Shown: positions 49,747 to 62,768, counted from the first letter of the stretch. The stretch is 64,000 nucleotides of DNA from Octopus sinensis (GCF_006345805.1 NC_043023.1:3348001-3412000), one strand, 5' to 3'. The notes: generated by a model not told the origin, from the letters alone. Made by a program: numbers and translations.

Positions 49747-52244
49747 CAGGGGTGGGCAAACTACGGCCCGCCGTAGGTTTTCATGCGGCCCGCCGAGAGC
49801 TTTTATGAATCCCAACTTCTATGCAGATACTTCGTAACTGTTTCAGTTGTACGGTAATTCACAATTGTTTGCATTTTATTTCAGTTCACTGTTTCGCGCC
49901 TTCACAAAATTGTCCGCTGTTGGTTTGTTTGTTTCAGCTACTGTGAAGCGATGAAAAATTTCGAGAAATATTCCCATGACATCATAATAAAACACATTTC
50001 CAGGTGAGTTTTCTCGTCAGACCCTACAAAAACAAAAATTAATAGAACAATGAAACAAGTATTGTGGCAATACAACGAGTCAATCGATATGCTTGAAACA
50101 TTCAAATAAATAAATCACGTGTTAGATGGTGAAGAGGGAATGATGGACGATGCGTTTCGTTCCAATGAAGAAGCCAGCCAGGTTAATAAAAGGGCTTGAA
50201 CCAGCTTTTTCTGGACACAGAGCTGTGGTTGGTTATCATTCACTCTATCGATTATTTGAATTTAGTACAGACACGAGTGTTTCAAACTAGCTTTTGTTGT
50301 CTGATAAAATTTACCCAAAATGAGTTGTTTGAAGCTATCTAAAAAGCGAAAAATTGAAGAGGAATGTCGTGTTTTTAATGAAAATTGGACTGAAAAGTAT
50401 TTCTTTACCGACGTTGGAGTGAAAGCTCCATGTTTGATTTGTTCTGAAACAGTTGCTGTGTTCAAGGAATATAATTTGAAACGCCACTTTCAAACGAAGC
50501 ACGCCAATTTTGGACACAATTTATCAAAACAAGAACTGCAAAAGAAAGCAAATAATCTGACAAAACGTTTGAAGCAACAGCAAAATGTGTTTGATAAAAC
50601 CTCCTCTTTACAAAGGAACGCGACAAAGGCAAGTTTTATATTGGCCAACAAAATTGCAAAGCAAAACAAGTCATTCGCAGAAGCAGAATTTATCAAAGAT
50701 TGTATGGTTAATGCTGTCAGCGTTGTGTGTCCTGAAGTTAAGTCAAAAGTAGAAGCCATTTCCCTGTCACGAAGAACTATTGTTCGTCGCATTGATGCAA
50801 TTGCCGTGAATATTCATGAACAGCTGTTAACAGCCAGTGGTCGATTTCAGTGGTTTTCTATTGCTTTAGATGAGAGTACTGATATTCAGGATACTGCTCA
50901 GTTACTCATTTACATCAGAGGAATTGACGAAAACTTTGAAATTACAGAGGAATTGTTATCTATGGAGTCTCTCAAAGACACTACTACTGGAAAAGATTTG
51001 TTCAACAGTGTCATTAACAGTCCAATCAGGTCTGGATTAACCCTAAATAAACTGGCCAGCATTACAACCGATGGAGCTCCTTCACTCACCGGTAAATATT
51101 CCGGCCTTGTGAAGTTGTTGAATGACAAAATCAAAGAAGATTTTCCACTACACAGTGTGTTGTCTTTTCACTGCATCATACATCAAGAAAGCCTTTGTAA
51201 GTCATCTTTAAAACTCAAACATGTCATCGAACCTGTGGTGCGTGCAGTGAATTTAATAAGATCACGGGATTGAAACACAGGCAATTCCGAAGTTTCTTGG
51301 AGGATGTGGAGGCTGATTTTACTGATGTGCTGTACTACACAAATGTCCGCTGGTTAAGCATTGGAAAAGTTCTTAAGAGAGTATGGGACCTCAAAGCAGA
51401 GATTCTTATGTTTCTCAAAATGCAAGACATCTCATGTGACTTTTTAAACGAAATGGAGAGTGACGAATGGGTTTGTGATTTTGCATTTGCTGTGGACATA
51501 ATGCAGAAGCTGAATGAACTTAACACAAAACTGCAAGGTAAAGGTATATTTGCTCATGAATTGTACCTGGAAGTGAAAGCTTTTCAATGGAAGCTTGGAC
51601 TTTTTGCCAAGCACTTCCCTCTGCTGAAAACACAGTCTGTTACACAAGAATCATCGGACAAGTACAGTTCCCAGTTGATGGCTTTACAAAAGGAATTCAT
51701 TAGAAGATTTGCTGATTTCAAGGCAGTTGAAGGCCTGTTCGATTTGCTTAACTCACCTCTTGCCTGTGACATTGAAACAACTACCGAGGAGACGTTTCTA
51801 ATTTCAGATATCAATTCATATTAATAAACTGTTATTTCTCTTTAAAATCTTTTATTTTGGGTATCCTAGAATTTAAGTATAATATTCATCATGGTTGTCC
51901 ATAATATTAAGAGGTGGTTGTCCACAATTAGTGCAGATTTTACTAGGAAAATTCCGTTCCTGGCAATTTGTAAGCAATAACAGGCTGTCCAAAATAACCG
52001 AGGTTCCTGTAATAATTTCAACTATAGGAGCAAATAACCAAAAAACATGAACCCGATAGTCTAAAAAATAAATTAAATCACGTAAACCAGGAATATTTCA
52101 CAAAATTTCTTTTCAATCGATTGTGTGTTTATAGGTCTATAACCGCCTTTAAAAGTATTTTCACTCGATTTTTATAAATGAGGCCCGCCAAGGTTCCAAA
52201 GACGCACTGTGCGGCCCGCGATCAAAAAAGTTCGCCCACCCCTG
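49747..52244 (+). mobile_element. hAT DNA transposon (Charlie/SPIN/OC1-like), internally deleted
   Basis: 16-bp TIRs CAGGGGTGGGC(A/G)AACT with one mismatch, perfect 8-bp TSD TTCTAGAC (49739-49746 and 52245-52252) and subterminal CGGCCCG repeats. Confidence 0.95.
50320..51824 (+). pseudogene. hAT transposase (GTF2IRD2/SPIN-like), frameshift near 51268 and C-terminal truncation
   Basis: KRK..EECRVF...W...YFF, C..C...NLKRH...KH zinc finger, SIALDESTD, ITTDGA, HCIIHQE and VRWLS motifs. The C-terminal dimerisation region (STY.CE.LFS) is absent. Confidence 0.9.
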
Positions 52245-52259
52245 TTCTAGACCCTTCTG

Positions 52260-52666
52260 GGAACTTTTCGGTTTGAACGGTAGTTTTTAAAAATAATTTC
52301 CACGTAACTAAAACATTTTAAACTTCGTATACTGGTAGAATGTGTTTATAGAACATCTTTTTCTCTTGGCTTTATTGAGAAAATTCTATAGTTTGTAAGA
52401 TATTTGTTGTTTTTTCTGCAATTTCAACCAATCAATGACGTCTATTGAGGTGAAAACATTCTGTGTCGTATGAATATGTCCCTCGTTTAAGAAACAGATT
52501 GGGTTTATTTACATTTGGGAAGAAAGAAAAGATACCTTTGCCTCCACCCCTAATCCTAACCCTAAAACAGATTGAAATGCAATAGATCGATACTAGGGTC
52601 ATAATTATGGGTGACAATTTCATATGACACTGCTAGAAAAAACTGCCGTTCAAACCGAAAAGATCC
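52260..52666 (+). mobile_element. Complete GGATC-TIR MITE
   Basis: Same family as 37768. Flanks CCCTTCTG and CCATTCTG form an 8-bp TSD with one mismatch. The paralogous truncated copy starts near 63776. Confidence 0.85.
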
Positions 52667-53077
52667 CCATTCTGTAAATTACCATTTATGGTTGTCGAGA
52701 AATTTTATGTAAAGACTCACTTTCCTCTAATGTACCTATAATAAAGGTTTCAAATTTTGGCACAATTTTGGGGGAAGTGGATTAGTTAATTACATCGACC
52801 ACTGTTCTCAGCATTCAAATTAAAAAAAAAAAAACTTCACAAATTCCTGAATTTACAAGTTTTTTTTATTTAAACTGAATTTAAAGTAATACTAAATTGG
52901 TAGGGTACCAATAAACACTTTATTATTATTACTAATCATGGGAAATAATTCAGACACTATAAGAAAACAAAATGTCAGTGTTAACATATTCAACAGCCTG
53001 TCCCATCCACGTGGTTTTGGGTTCAGTTCCACTGCATGAAACGTTGGTTATGTGTCTACTGCTATATCTATAGGCAC

Positions 53078-53233
53078 AGGGGTGGCTGTGTGGTAAGTAG
53101 CTTGCTTACCAACCACATGGTTCTGTGTTCAGTCCCACTGCATGGCATCATGGGCTAGTGTCTTCTACTATAGCCTCAGGCCGACCAAAGCCTTGTGAAT
53201 GGATTTGGTAGACGGAAACTGAAAAAAGTCCAT

Positions 53234-53272
<39 letters not shown>

Positions 53273-53438
53273 CTGTTTGTCCCCACAACATCGATTGACA
53301 ACTGATGCTGATGTGTTTACGTCCCCATTACTTAGTGGTTTGGCAAAGTAGACCGATAGAATAAGTCCTGGGGTCAATTTGCTCGACTAAAAGGCAGTGC
53401 TCCAGCATGGCCACAGTCAGATGACTGAAACAAGTAAA
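53078..53438 (+). mobile_element. tRNA-derived SINE family A with internal deletion
   Basis: Head GGTGGCTGTGTGGTAAG to tail ACTGAAACAAGTAAA. Confidence 0.8.
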
Positions 53439-53546
53439 GCAACAGAAATATGGTAAAGAAAAGGTTTAAAGACAGTCAGTCAAATGTGTCTTCAATTTGC
53501 ACAAGATTTGGCTGCTGTTTCTAACAAGTGAAACAAAATCAGAAAA

Positions 53547-54950
53547 TTTACCCTTTTGATACTAACCTGGCTAAAACCACCTCTGGCTCTGTAGTATAAA
53601 TGTCTTGCTTTCCTAAGTTCTGAATTAAAATCTTCCACCAAACCTTAGTCACAATTTATGTTCCTAACACTAGCTTAATGATAACCAAGTTATTTTACTA
53701 AATCCTTTATTATATTTAACCCTTTTGATACCAACCCGGCTGAAACCACCTCTGGCTCTGAGTACAAATGTCTTGTTTTCATAAGTTTTGAATTAAAATC
53801 TTCCACCAAACCTTAGTCACAATTTATGTTCCTAACACTAGCTTAATGATAAATAAGTTATTTTATTAAATTCTTTGTTATATTTAACCCTTTTGATACC
53901 AACCCGGCTGAAACCACCTCTGGCTCTGAGTACAAATGTCTTGTTTTCATAAGTTTTGAATTAAAATCTTCCACCAAACCTTAGTCACAATTTATGTTCC
54001 TAACACTAGCTTAATGATAAATAAGTTATTTTATTAAATTCTTTGTTATATTTAACCCTTTTGATACCAACCCGGCTGAAACCACCTCTGGCTCTGAGTA
54101 CAAATGTCTTGTTTTCATAAGTTCTGAATTAATATCTTCCACCAAACCTTAGTCACAATTTATGTTCCTAACACTAGCTTAATGATAAATAAGTTATTTT
54201 ATTAAATTCTTTGTTATATTTAACCCTTTTGATACCAACCCGGCTGAAACCACCTCTGGCTCTGAGTACAAATGTCTTGTTTTCATAAGTTTTGAATTAA
54301 AATCTTCCACCAAACCTTAGTCACAATTTATGTTCCTAACACTAGCTTAATGATAAATAAGTTATTTTATTAAATTCTTTGTTATATTTAACCCTTTTGA
54401 TACCAACCTGGCTGAAACCGGCTCTGGCTCTGAGTACAAATGTCTTGTTTTCAAAAGTTTTAGATTAAAATATTCCCCTAAATCTTAGCCACAATTTATG
54501 TTCCTAACACTAGCTTAATGATAACCAAGTTATTTTACTAAATTCTTTGTTATATTTTACTCTTTTGATACCAACCTGGCTGAAACCACCTCTGGCTCTG
54601 TAATACAAATGTCTTGTTTTCATAAGTTTTGAATTAAAATCTTCCACCAAACCTTAGTCACAATTTATCTTCCTAACACTAGCTTAATGATAAGTTATTT
54701 TACTAAATTCTTTGTTATATTTTACTCTTTTGATACCAACCTGTCTGAAACCACCTCTGGCTCTGTAATACAAATGTCTTGTTTTCATAAGTTTTGAATT
54801 AAAATCTTCCACCAAACCTTAGTCACAATTTATGTTACTAACACTAGCTTAATGATAGCTAAGTTATTTTACTAAATTCTTTGTTATATTTAAAATTAAT
54901 TGAAAGAAACACAGAGCATCCCAAAATAAATACAGTAACGAAAGGGTTAA
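53547..54950 (+). repeat. 168-bp piggyBac-MITE satellite (8 left-end units, one right end)
   Basis: Unit starts near 53551, 53717, 53885, 54053, 54221, 54389, 54557 and 54721. Ends GTAACGAAAGGGTTAA. Confidence 0.9.
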
Positions 54951-55280
54951 AGCAATCTAAAAAAATAAGCATTGCTTTTGACAGAATAACCTGAATGCTA
55001 AAAGTTTAAACATCCTCTGTAGCTTAGACTGTTTCTCTATTATTTCAGAATATCAGATGACATTGTCACTAAAGAATAATGTTTTACTTTAAATGTATCT
55101 TTGATATTTATCAACTTTGAAAGATTTTTAGTGGAAGTCCATTTAGTATGTTACTGCTTTAGTAAGATTGGTCACTAATTTATAGCATGGAAGTTTTCGT
55201 GGAAAATTCCTGTGTGTGAGCTTTTGAGAAGCATGTGGAATGGAATATCAGAAGGCAGTTTTTATACAAAAATATTTTTT

Positions 55281-55663
55281 ACTAGCAATATCGCCTGGCG
55301 TTGCTCGGGTTTGTTTCGACCCTTTAGGATTGGAATTTTTGAAAAGTAAAAATTTTGCATTATGTAGCTTGTTATTCTCTTTAAATGAACATTTTTGTGG
55401 TTGAAATACACCGAAAAATGACGACACAGCAGTAAAAAAATCGTAAAAAATAGGGGTTTTCATCGAAAAAATGCACCTTTTTGATGTAAATAATTTTTGG
55501 TGTTAACATGGTCCGATTTGAATTTTTTCTTCTACAGAATGAAGAGCAAGCCTTCTTCTATCATACTCTCAATTTTGGTCAACTTGTGTCGCAGGGTCTC
55601 AGAGGAGATAGGGTTAGTTGAAGGCTACCAAACCTGCCATACTTTAGCTTTATCTATAGAGAT
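55281..55663 (+). mobile_element. Possible non-autonomous Helitron/Helentron-type element
   Basis: Begins ACTAGCAATATCGCCTGGCGTTGCTCGGG and ends TAGCTTTATCTATAGAGAT with no TIR or TSD. This resembles the ACTAGC...TATATAGAT layout of DINE-1-like elements (recalled). Confidence 0.45.
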
Positions 55664-56599
55664 ATTAACAAGAGCTGACAAGTAGTAAGAGCATAGCCTG
55701 TGTGTATGAGTCAGGAAAAGCTTTATAACTTATGATTGAAATATGGATTCTGTCGGAAGTCATTTAAGCTAATAGGAATGGAGTTAGCTTAAATGAAAAT
55801 ATACTGTTCATAACATGACTCGAGTAGGGGGCTGATGTCATCCAGAACATCGGGGAGCAAAGTTGGCATAAATGAAACCGGCTGTTCGTGATGGGATCAG
55901 AGTTTGTGGGGCCGGTATAATTCATAGCTTGCGGTGTGAAGCTGGTGTGAATAACAAGGAGCTGTTCATGATATGGCAAGTCAAGAGCTGATATAATTCA
56001 GAGTTTGCTGCACAATGTTGGTGATAAAACACAAAGACCTGTTCCATGTTGAAAGAGAGATGTTGCTCTTCTGCCGTCTATCCACTGATTAAAACTTCCG
56101 CTTCACTTCATGGGCAGAGAACTGCCTTTGGTATTCATATGCACCCAGCCCTGATTGGCTGGAGAATGCCAGAGCACAACTGTGCTATGCCAGGAAAAGT
56201 AAAGTAGTTTTATGACTTGCTACAGATTAAAGGAACTTGTTATACAGAACAGGAATTACATTGACTTTTATAATATTTTATAATATTTTCTATGTACTGA
56301 AATTAATTGTAAAATGTCTCTGTTTTATTGACAGGAATGTATAGGAGATGACTTTTGATTCTAATTAAAATCGGATTACAAAGGAGTTTGCAACAGCCAC
56401 AGATATTAACAAAGACTGCAGTTTGATGGAAATGTAGCAGAGAAAATATTGTGAATAAAATATATAAATATTTGAAAATAAAAACATATATTGTGATAGA
56501 GAAGGAAAATTCGATAAACATTTGTGTGAGAATATGGTTGAATAAAAACCACAGTGGATTGATTGACGTCTAAAAATATAACACTGTGGTATTTATAAA

Positions 56600-57750
56600 A
56601 TGTCATTCTCTCAAAAAGTTGACCTTAATATTAAGAAACTTATTTGCAGAAAGGATAGGCCATATCACTGTGATATCTGTGGTAAATCATTCACTCAAAA
56701 CAGATGCTTGACCATTCACAAACGCATTCATACAGGAGAGAATCTGTATCACTGTGATATTTGTGGTAAATCGGTCACTTCAAGTGGCGGCTTAACTAAA
56801 CACATACGAAGTCACACTGGTGAAAAGCCATACAGCTGTGGTATCTGTGGTAAATCATTATCTACAAGCAGCAGCTTAAGTACCCATGTACGTCTTCATA
56901 CAGGAGAGAAGCCACACGGCTGTGATATCTGCGGTAAATCATTCTCTAACAAATATCATTTGGCTATACATAAACGAATTCATACAGGAGATAAACCTTC
57001 TCACTGTGATATCTGCGGTAAATCATTCTCTCAGGAATGTCATTTGACTATACATAAACGAATTCACACAGGAGATAAACCTTATCACTGTGATATCTGT
57101 GGTAAATCATTCTCTCAGGAATGTCATTTGACTATACATAAACGTATTCATACAGGAGATAAACCTTCTCACTGTGATATCTGTGGTAAATCATTCTCTC
57201 AGGAATGTCATTTGACTATACATAAACGTATTCATACAGGAGATAAACCTTATCACTGTGATATCTGTGGTAATCATTCTCTCAGGAATGTCATTTGACT
57301 ATACATAAACGTATTCACACAGGAGATAAACCTTATCACTGTGATATCTGCGGTAAATCATTCTCTCAGGAATGTCATTTGACTATACATAAACGTATTC
57401 ATACAGGAGATAAACCTTCTCACTGTGATATCTGCGGTAAATCATTCTCTCAGAAAAGTTATTTGATTGACCACAGACACATTCATACAGGAGAGAAGCC
57501 TTATCACTGTGATATCTGCGGTAAATCATTCTCTCAGAAATGTTATTTGACTATACATAAACGAATTCACACGGGAGATAAACCTTATCACTGTGATATC
57601 TGCGGTAAATCATTTTCTCATCAATGTTCTTTGACTATACATAAACGTATTCACACAGGAGATAAACCTCATCACTGTGATGTCTGCAGTAAATCATTTG
57701 TTCGGAAAAGACAGTGGACTACACATGTGTGTAGTCACACTGAAGAATAA
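56600..57750 (+). CDS. C2H2 zinc-finger protein, 13 fingers, with a 1-nt frameshift near 57272
   Basis: Repeated [10 protein letters not shown]...L..H.RIHTG(E/D)KP. GGTAATC at 57269-57275 lacks one A relative to GGTAAATC in the other fingers, and restoring it joins ORFs 56600-57298 and 57295-57750. A candidate acceptor ACAG ends at 56334. Confidence 0.9.
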
Positions 57751-58294
57751 CTGTGCCAACATCACAAGTCTTTTTGTAAAAACAATATTTTATATATTGT
57801 TGTATTTAGGAAGGGTCATTTTACCAGTTTAGCCAATAAAAACACACGCACTATATATTTGGTGTTAACCCTTTTGATACCAACCCGGCTCTCTAGTATA
57901 AATGTCTTGTATTCATTAGTTTTGAATTAAAATCTTCCACCAAACCTTAGTCACAATTTATGTTCCTAACACTAGCTTAATGATAACCAAGTTATTTTAT
58001 TAAATTCTTTGTTATATTTAACCCTTTTGATACAAACCTGGCTGAAACCACCTCTGGCTCTTTAATACAAATGTCTTGTTTTCATAAGATTTGAATTAAA
58101 ATCTTCCACCAAACCTTAGTCACAATTTATGTTCCTAACACTTGCTGAATGATAGCTATGTTATTTTACTAAATTCTTTGTTATATTTAAAATCAATTGA
58201 AAGAAACACAGAGCATCTCAACAGGAATATGGTAACAAAAGGGTTAATTTGCTTCAGCCTTATTTATTTTTTACATTAATCTTAATCTTATTTC

Positions 58295-58339
58295 GGCCAG
58301 TGTTCTTTCGTCACACTCCTGTGACCTCATCAGTGGTCC
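58295..58339 (-). ncRNA. Minimal type I hammerhead motif, U16.1 mutated to A
   Basis: GGACCA CTGATGA G GTCAC-AGGAGT-GTGAC GAA AGAACA C TGGCC. Confidence 0.5.
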
Positions 58340-58424
58340 TTTGCTTTCTTCTTTCTTATTTGAAAATACTAAATAGCTGACAGTTAGTAAGGAGAGACAC
58401 ACAAATAAGAAAGAAGAAAGCAAA

Positions 58425-58469
58425 GGACCACTGATGAGGTCACAGGAGTGTGAAGAAAGAACTCTGGCC
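58425..58469 (+). ncRNA. Minimal type I hammerhead motif, helix II closing pair mutated
   Basis: GGACCA CTGATGA G GTCAC-AGGAGT-GTGAA GAA AGAACT C TGGCC, with a CUC triplet. Confidence 0.5.
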
Positions 58470-59087
58470 GAAATAAGATTAAGATTAATGTAAAAATTAC
58501 TGCGCGTGTTTTTATTGGCTAAACTGGCAAGATGACCATTCTGAAATACAACATCTGTTTCAACACATGATTTCACATCAAAAATCTTGCAAAACAAATA
58601 AATATTTTATATAAAAATAAATGTATTTACACATGAAAAAGATCTGACAGAGTGTGAGAGCAATCTTCTAACCACAACTATATCTACATTGGTGACATCA
58701 CTTACTGATAGTTTTAATAAAAATTATTGAAATACAGTTACACCTTACTTTCCAAGGACCCATGTTATGAAACCCCAGGTTTATGAGTTTTATTTTGCCA
58801 GCACAAGATCCAAATTTTGAACAAAATACAAAAGTTTCTACTACCATGACAAATGCTTTTGCATGTTACCAAGAAATTTATAGAGAGTGAAATAAAGTTT
58901 CTTCTAAACAAACAATTCTACCCTTGTTTTTTAAAAAGAAATCTACAGGTGTGTCTACGAGAGTTTGTGAATCAGCAATCGCATTCACAAGTGATGGTGT
59001 GAGTGATTCAGAAACAATTTTAATAATAATATTTTTTATTCCAAATGATCTCGGCATTCCTTTTACTTTACATAAAATATTCTTTAC

Positions 59088-59340
59088 CTGTGCCGGTGGC
59101 ATGTAAAAAGCATCAACCAATTGTGGCCGTTGCCAGCCTCCCCTGGCACCTGTGCTAGTGGCATGTAAAAAGCACCCACTACACTCACGGAGTGGTTGGC
59201 GTTAGGAAGGGCATCCAGCCGTAGAAACATTGCCAGATCAGACTGGGCCTGGTGCAGCCTTCTGGCTTCCCAGACCCCAGTTGAACCGTCCAACCCATGC
59301 TAGCATGGAAAGCAGACGCTAAACGAAGATGATGATGATA
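59088..59340 (+). mobile_element. RTE 3' UTR fragment
   Basis: Same UTR and (GAT)n tail as the other RTE fragments. Confidence 0.8.
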
Positions 59341-59447
59341 TAGATATATATTTATAATTGTTACTTGAAAGAATAAAATCCAAAACTTACAGGGAAAAAA
59401 ATTTCAATTTAGAAATACTAAATCAAATTTCACACAAAATAATATAT

Positions 59448-59650
59448 ACTCTTTTACTTGTTTTCAGTCATTTGACTGCGGCCATGCTGGAGCACCGCCT
59501 TTAGTCGAGCAAATCAACCCCAGGACTTATTGTTTGTAGGCCCAGTACTTATTCTATCGGTCTCTTTTGCTGAACCGCTAAGTGACGGGGACGTAAACAC
59601 ACCAGCATCGGTTGTCAAGCAATGCTAGGGGGACAAACACAGACACACAA

Positions 59651-59709
<59 letters not shown>

Positions 59710-59875
59710 TACGACAGGCTTCTTTCAGTTTCCGTCTACCAAACCCACTCACAAGGCATTGGTCGGCCCGGGGCTATAGCAGAAGACACTTGCCCAAGAT
59801 GCCACGCAGTGGGACTGAACCCGGAACCATGTGGTTGCTTAGCAAGCTACTTACCACACAGCCACTCCTGCGCCT
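59448..59875 (-). mobile_element. tRNA-derived SINE family A
   Basis: Full-length match to the other copies. Confidence 0.85.
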
Positions 59876-60098
59876 GTGTGGTACATAGACAAAGTATACC
59901 TTATGGGAATCAGGGTGCTCCTGGGATTGAAAATCTGCCATTCATTTGGTTTTGAACATCCAGCTTTGAGCTCAGGTCTGGATGAGGATTTCTTGTATGC
60001 TAACAGTCGAACATTCCAATTATATATATAAAAAATTAGAAATTTGAATTGATAAAAAGTGTTCTTTTTTCTAATTTTATATATATATTATTTAGTAA

Positions 60099-61170
60099 GC
60101 CTCTTCTCCTTATCTCCTCAAAGACATACAGCATCTCGAAAGAGTCCAGAAGCTGGCTACCAGCATGGTTCATGGTCTTGTAGTGATCCCTATTTCGCGC
60201 ATGTTGGTGCCTTCACCAAGGCAGAGAGAGGAAGGGCCCTCTCGCGCATGCGCAAAGCAACGGAAGAAGAACCCTTTTGCCTACGTGGCAGTTAGCCGAG
60301 GCAAGGGGATCGTAGAACGTTTGACCACTAGCAGCAGTCAGCAGCGACTTGAGACATGGCTATCGAAGGTACAACACGTATATTCTCTCTGTCCGAATTT
60401 GATTCTAGCAGCAGCCTTTACCGAAAGCTTTTAACCAAATTGTTGCAGACTACATCATCTTCCTTTCTCCGGACGCCATCTTTGACAAGTGTCGTTTTGC
60501 ATTTGAACACTATCTTATTTTACAGCGATAAGGTTCAGCTGAGACACATCTATACCAAAGGGATGCCAGATACACCAATTATCTGTTACCACATAAGAGA
60601 ATAAAGTAGATATATATTATTTACGTTTGCGTCTTGTTTGTTTCTGACTGGTAGAGAATCTTGATATTAAAGCAACAGAAAGTGATTGCTTCTCGCACCC
60701 CCAAAAGGTCCAGAGAAGATATTCACTCATTTCGTTACAGTCTCAAAAATTTGTCCTACGAAGAAAGGCTGAGGACGCTCGACCTTTACTCTCTTGAAAA
60801 ACGCCGCCGCCGTGGTGATCTCATTCTCGCCCACAACATCATAAGCAGAAAGTGTAACCTCTCGAAAGAGCTGTTCTTCACTCCTGCTCCAGAGCGTCGG
60901 CTGCGGGGTCATTCCGAAAAGCTCTACCTGCGACGTTTTCATCTCAATCGAAGGAGAGGAGCTTTCTCCGTCTGGGTTGCGGATCCGTGGAACAAGCTGC
61001 CAGACGAGATGGTGAAGATGCCGACGACCGCTTTGTTCAAAGCCTCCCTTGACCTCAAGTGGCCTGAACTCTTTACATGAACACCACCCTGTACTTAACT
61101 CCATGTCCCCCTACATGGCCTTGCTATTTGCTTTTGAGCCAAATTAACTAACTAACTAACTAACTAACTA
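60099..61170 (+). mobile_element. CR1-type LINE 3' fragment split by a solo LTR
   Basis: ASSPYLLKDIQHLERVQKLATSMVHGL joins in frame to KNLSYEERLRTLDLYSLEKRRRRGDLI...RGH..KL...WNKLP once 60179-60743 is removed. (TAAC)n tail at about 61143-61170. Confidence 0.9.
60179..60739 (+). mobile_element. Solo LTR (561 bp), probably Ty3/Gypsy-type
   Basis: TGTA...TACA termini, 4-bp TSD GTCT (60175-60178 and 60740-60743) and AATAAA at 60600-60605. Confidence 0.8.
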
Positions 61171-61779
61171 GTAAGAAAATGGAAAGATTTAATGGATATA
61201 AATTAATTTAGGTTCTTATAAAATCTACATTTGGAATGACCCATTTTAAATTCTGTTGGATTTTACTCATAAGGTCTTGGAATCTTACATAACATACCTA
61301 TTTCTTTACTACCCACAAGGGGCCAAACAAGGACAGACAAACGGATTAAGTCGATTATATCGACCCCGAAAGGATGAAAGGCAAAGTCAACCTCAGCGGA
61401 ATTTGAACTCAGAACATAACGGCAGACGAAATACCTATTTCTTTATTACCCACAAGTGGCTAAACACAGAGGGGACAAAGAAGGACAGACATAGGTATTA
61501 AGTCGATTACATCGACCCCAGTGCCTAACTGGTACTTTATTTATCGACCCCGAAAGGATAAAAGGCAAAGTCGACCTCGGCGGAATTTGAACTCAGAACG
61601 TAACAGCAGGCGAAATACGGCTACGCATTTCGCCCGGCGTGCTAACGTTTCTGCCAGCTGTGTGTGTGTCTGTGTTTGCCCCCCTTCCCTCCAACATCAC
61701 TTGACAACCGATGCTAGTGTGTTTACGTCAGCGGTTCAGCAAAAGCGATCGATAGAATAAGTACTAGGCTTACAAAGAA

Positions 61780-62635
61780 TAAGTCCTGGGGGTCGATTTG
61801 CTCGACTAAAGGCGGTGCTCCAGCATGGCCACAGTCAAATGTCTGAAACAAGTAAGATAGTAAATAGTAGTCTGAAGTACTCCGTCGGTTACGACGATGA
61901 AGGTTCCATCTGATCCGAATCAATGGAACAGCCTGCTCATGAAATTAACGTGTAAGTGGCTGAGCACTCCACAGACACGTGTACCCTTAACGTAGTTCTC
62001 GGGGATACTCAGTGTGACACAGAGAGTGACAAGGCCGGCCCTTTGAAATACAGGTACAACAGAAACAGGAAGTAAGAGTGAGAGAAAGTTGTGGTGAAAG
62101 AGTACAGCAGGGATCACCACCATCTCCTGCCGGAGCTTCGTGGAGCTTTAGGTGTTTTCGCTCAATAAACATTCACAACGCCCGGTCTGGGAATCGAAAC
62201 CGCGATCCTATGACTGCGAGTCTGCTGCCCTAACCACTGGGCCATTGCGCCTCCTAAATAGTAGTAATAGTATTGCCTACAATTGTTTCAATTTGCACTC
62301 CGTACAAATTACAAACGTATAGAATAAAATACGTTTGCATTTTGAAGATTTTGAGCAAAATATCATCAGGGGGAAAGGACTTTTAGGAAGCTCCGTGTAG
62401 TTCGGTTGAGATATTCCAGCAGACTAAGTAGATAAAAGTGTGTTTTGTTATTTGTGTGTGTTAATGTAATTTAGATATAATAATTATAACATAAAGTATA
62501 TAAAAATAGAAATAATAAAAATATTCAAAGATAAGGTGTGCCGACAAAATAAAATAATAAAAAAATAGATAGATAGATCGATAGATAGGTATGTGGTTAT
62601 ATAGATAGATAGATATGGATAGATCGATAGATTAT

Positions 62636-62687
<52 letters not shown>

Positions 62688-62692
62688 GTAGG

Positions 62693-62768
<76 letters not shown>

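Larger units (their letters stand above)
57798..58553. mobile_element. Long foldback element interrupted by a piggyBac MITE dimer (57865-58247)
   Basis: Outer arms 57798-57850 and 58501-58553. Inner arms about 58267-58362 and 58402-58496, with 2 mismatches and a 39-nt loop. Confidence 0.85.

Noticed and set aside
55760-55796. Perfect 13-bp hairpin TCATTTAAGCTAA/TTAGCTTAAATGA as a pre-miRNA
   Set aside because: The stem is too short for a miRNA precursor and the arms do not extend.
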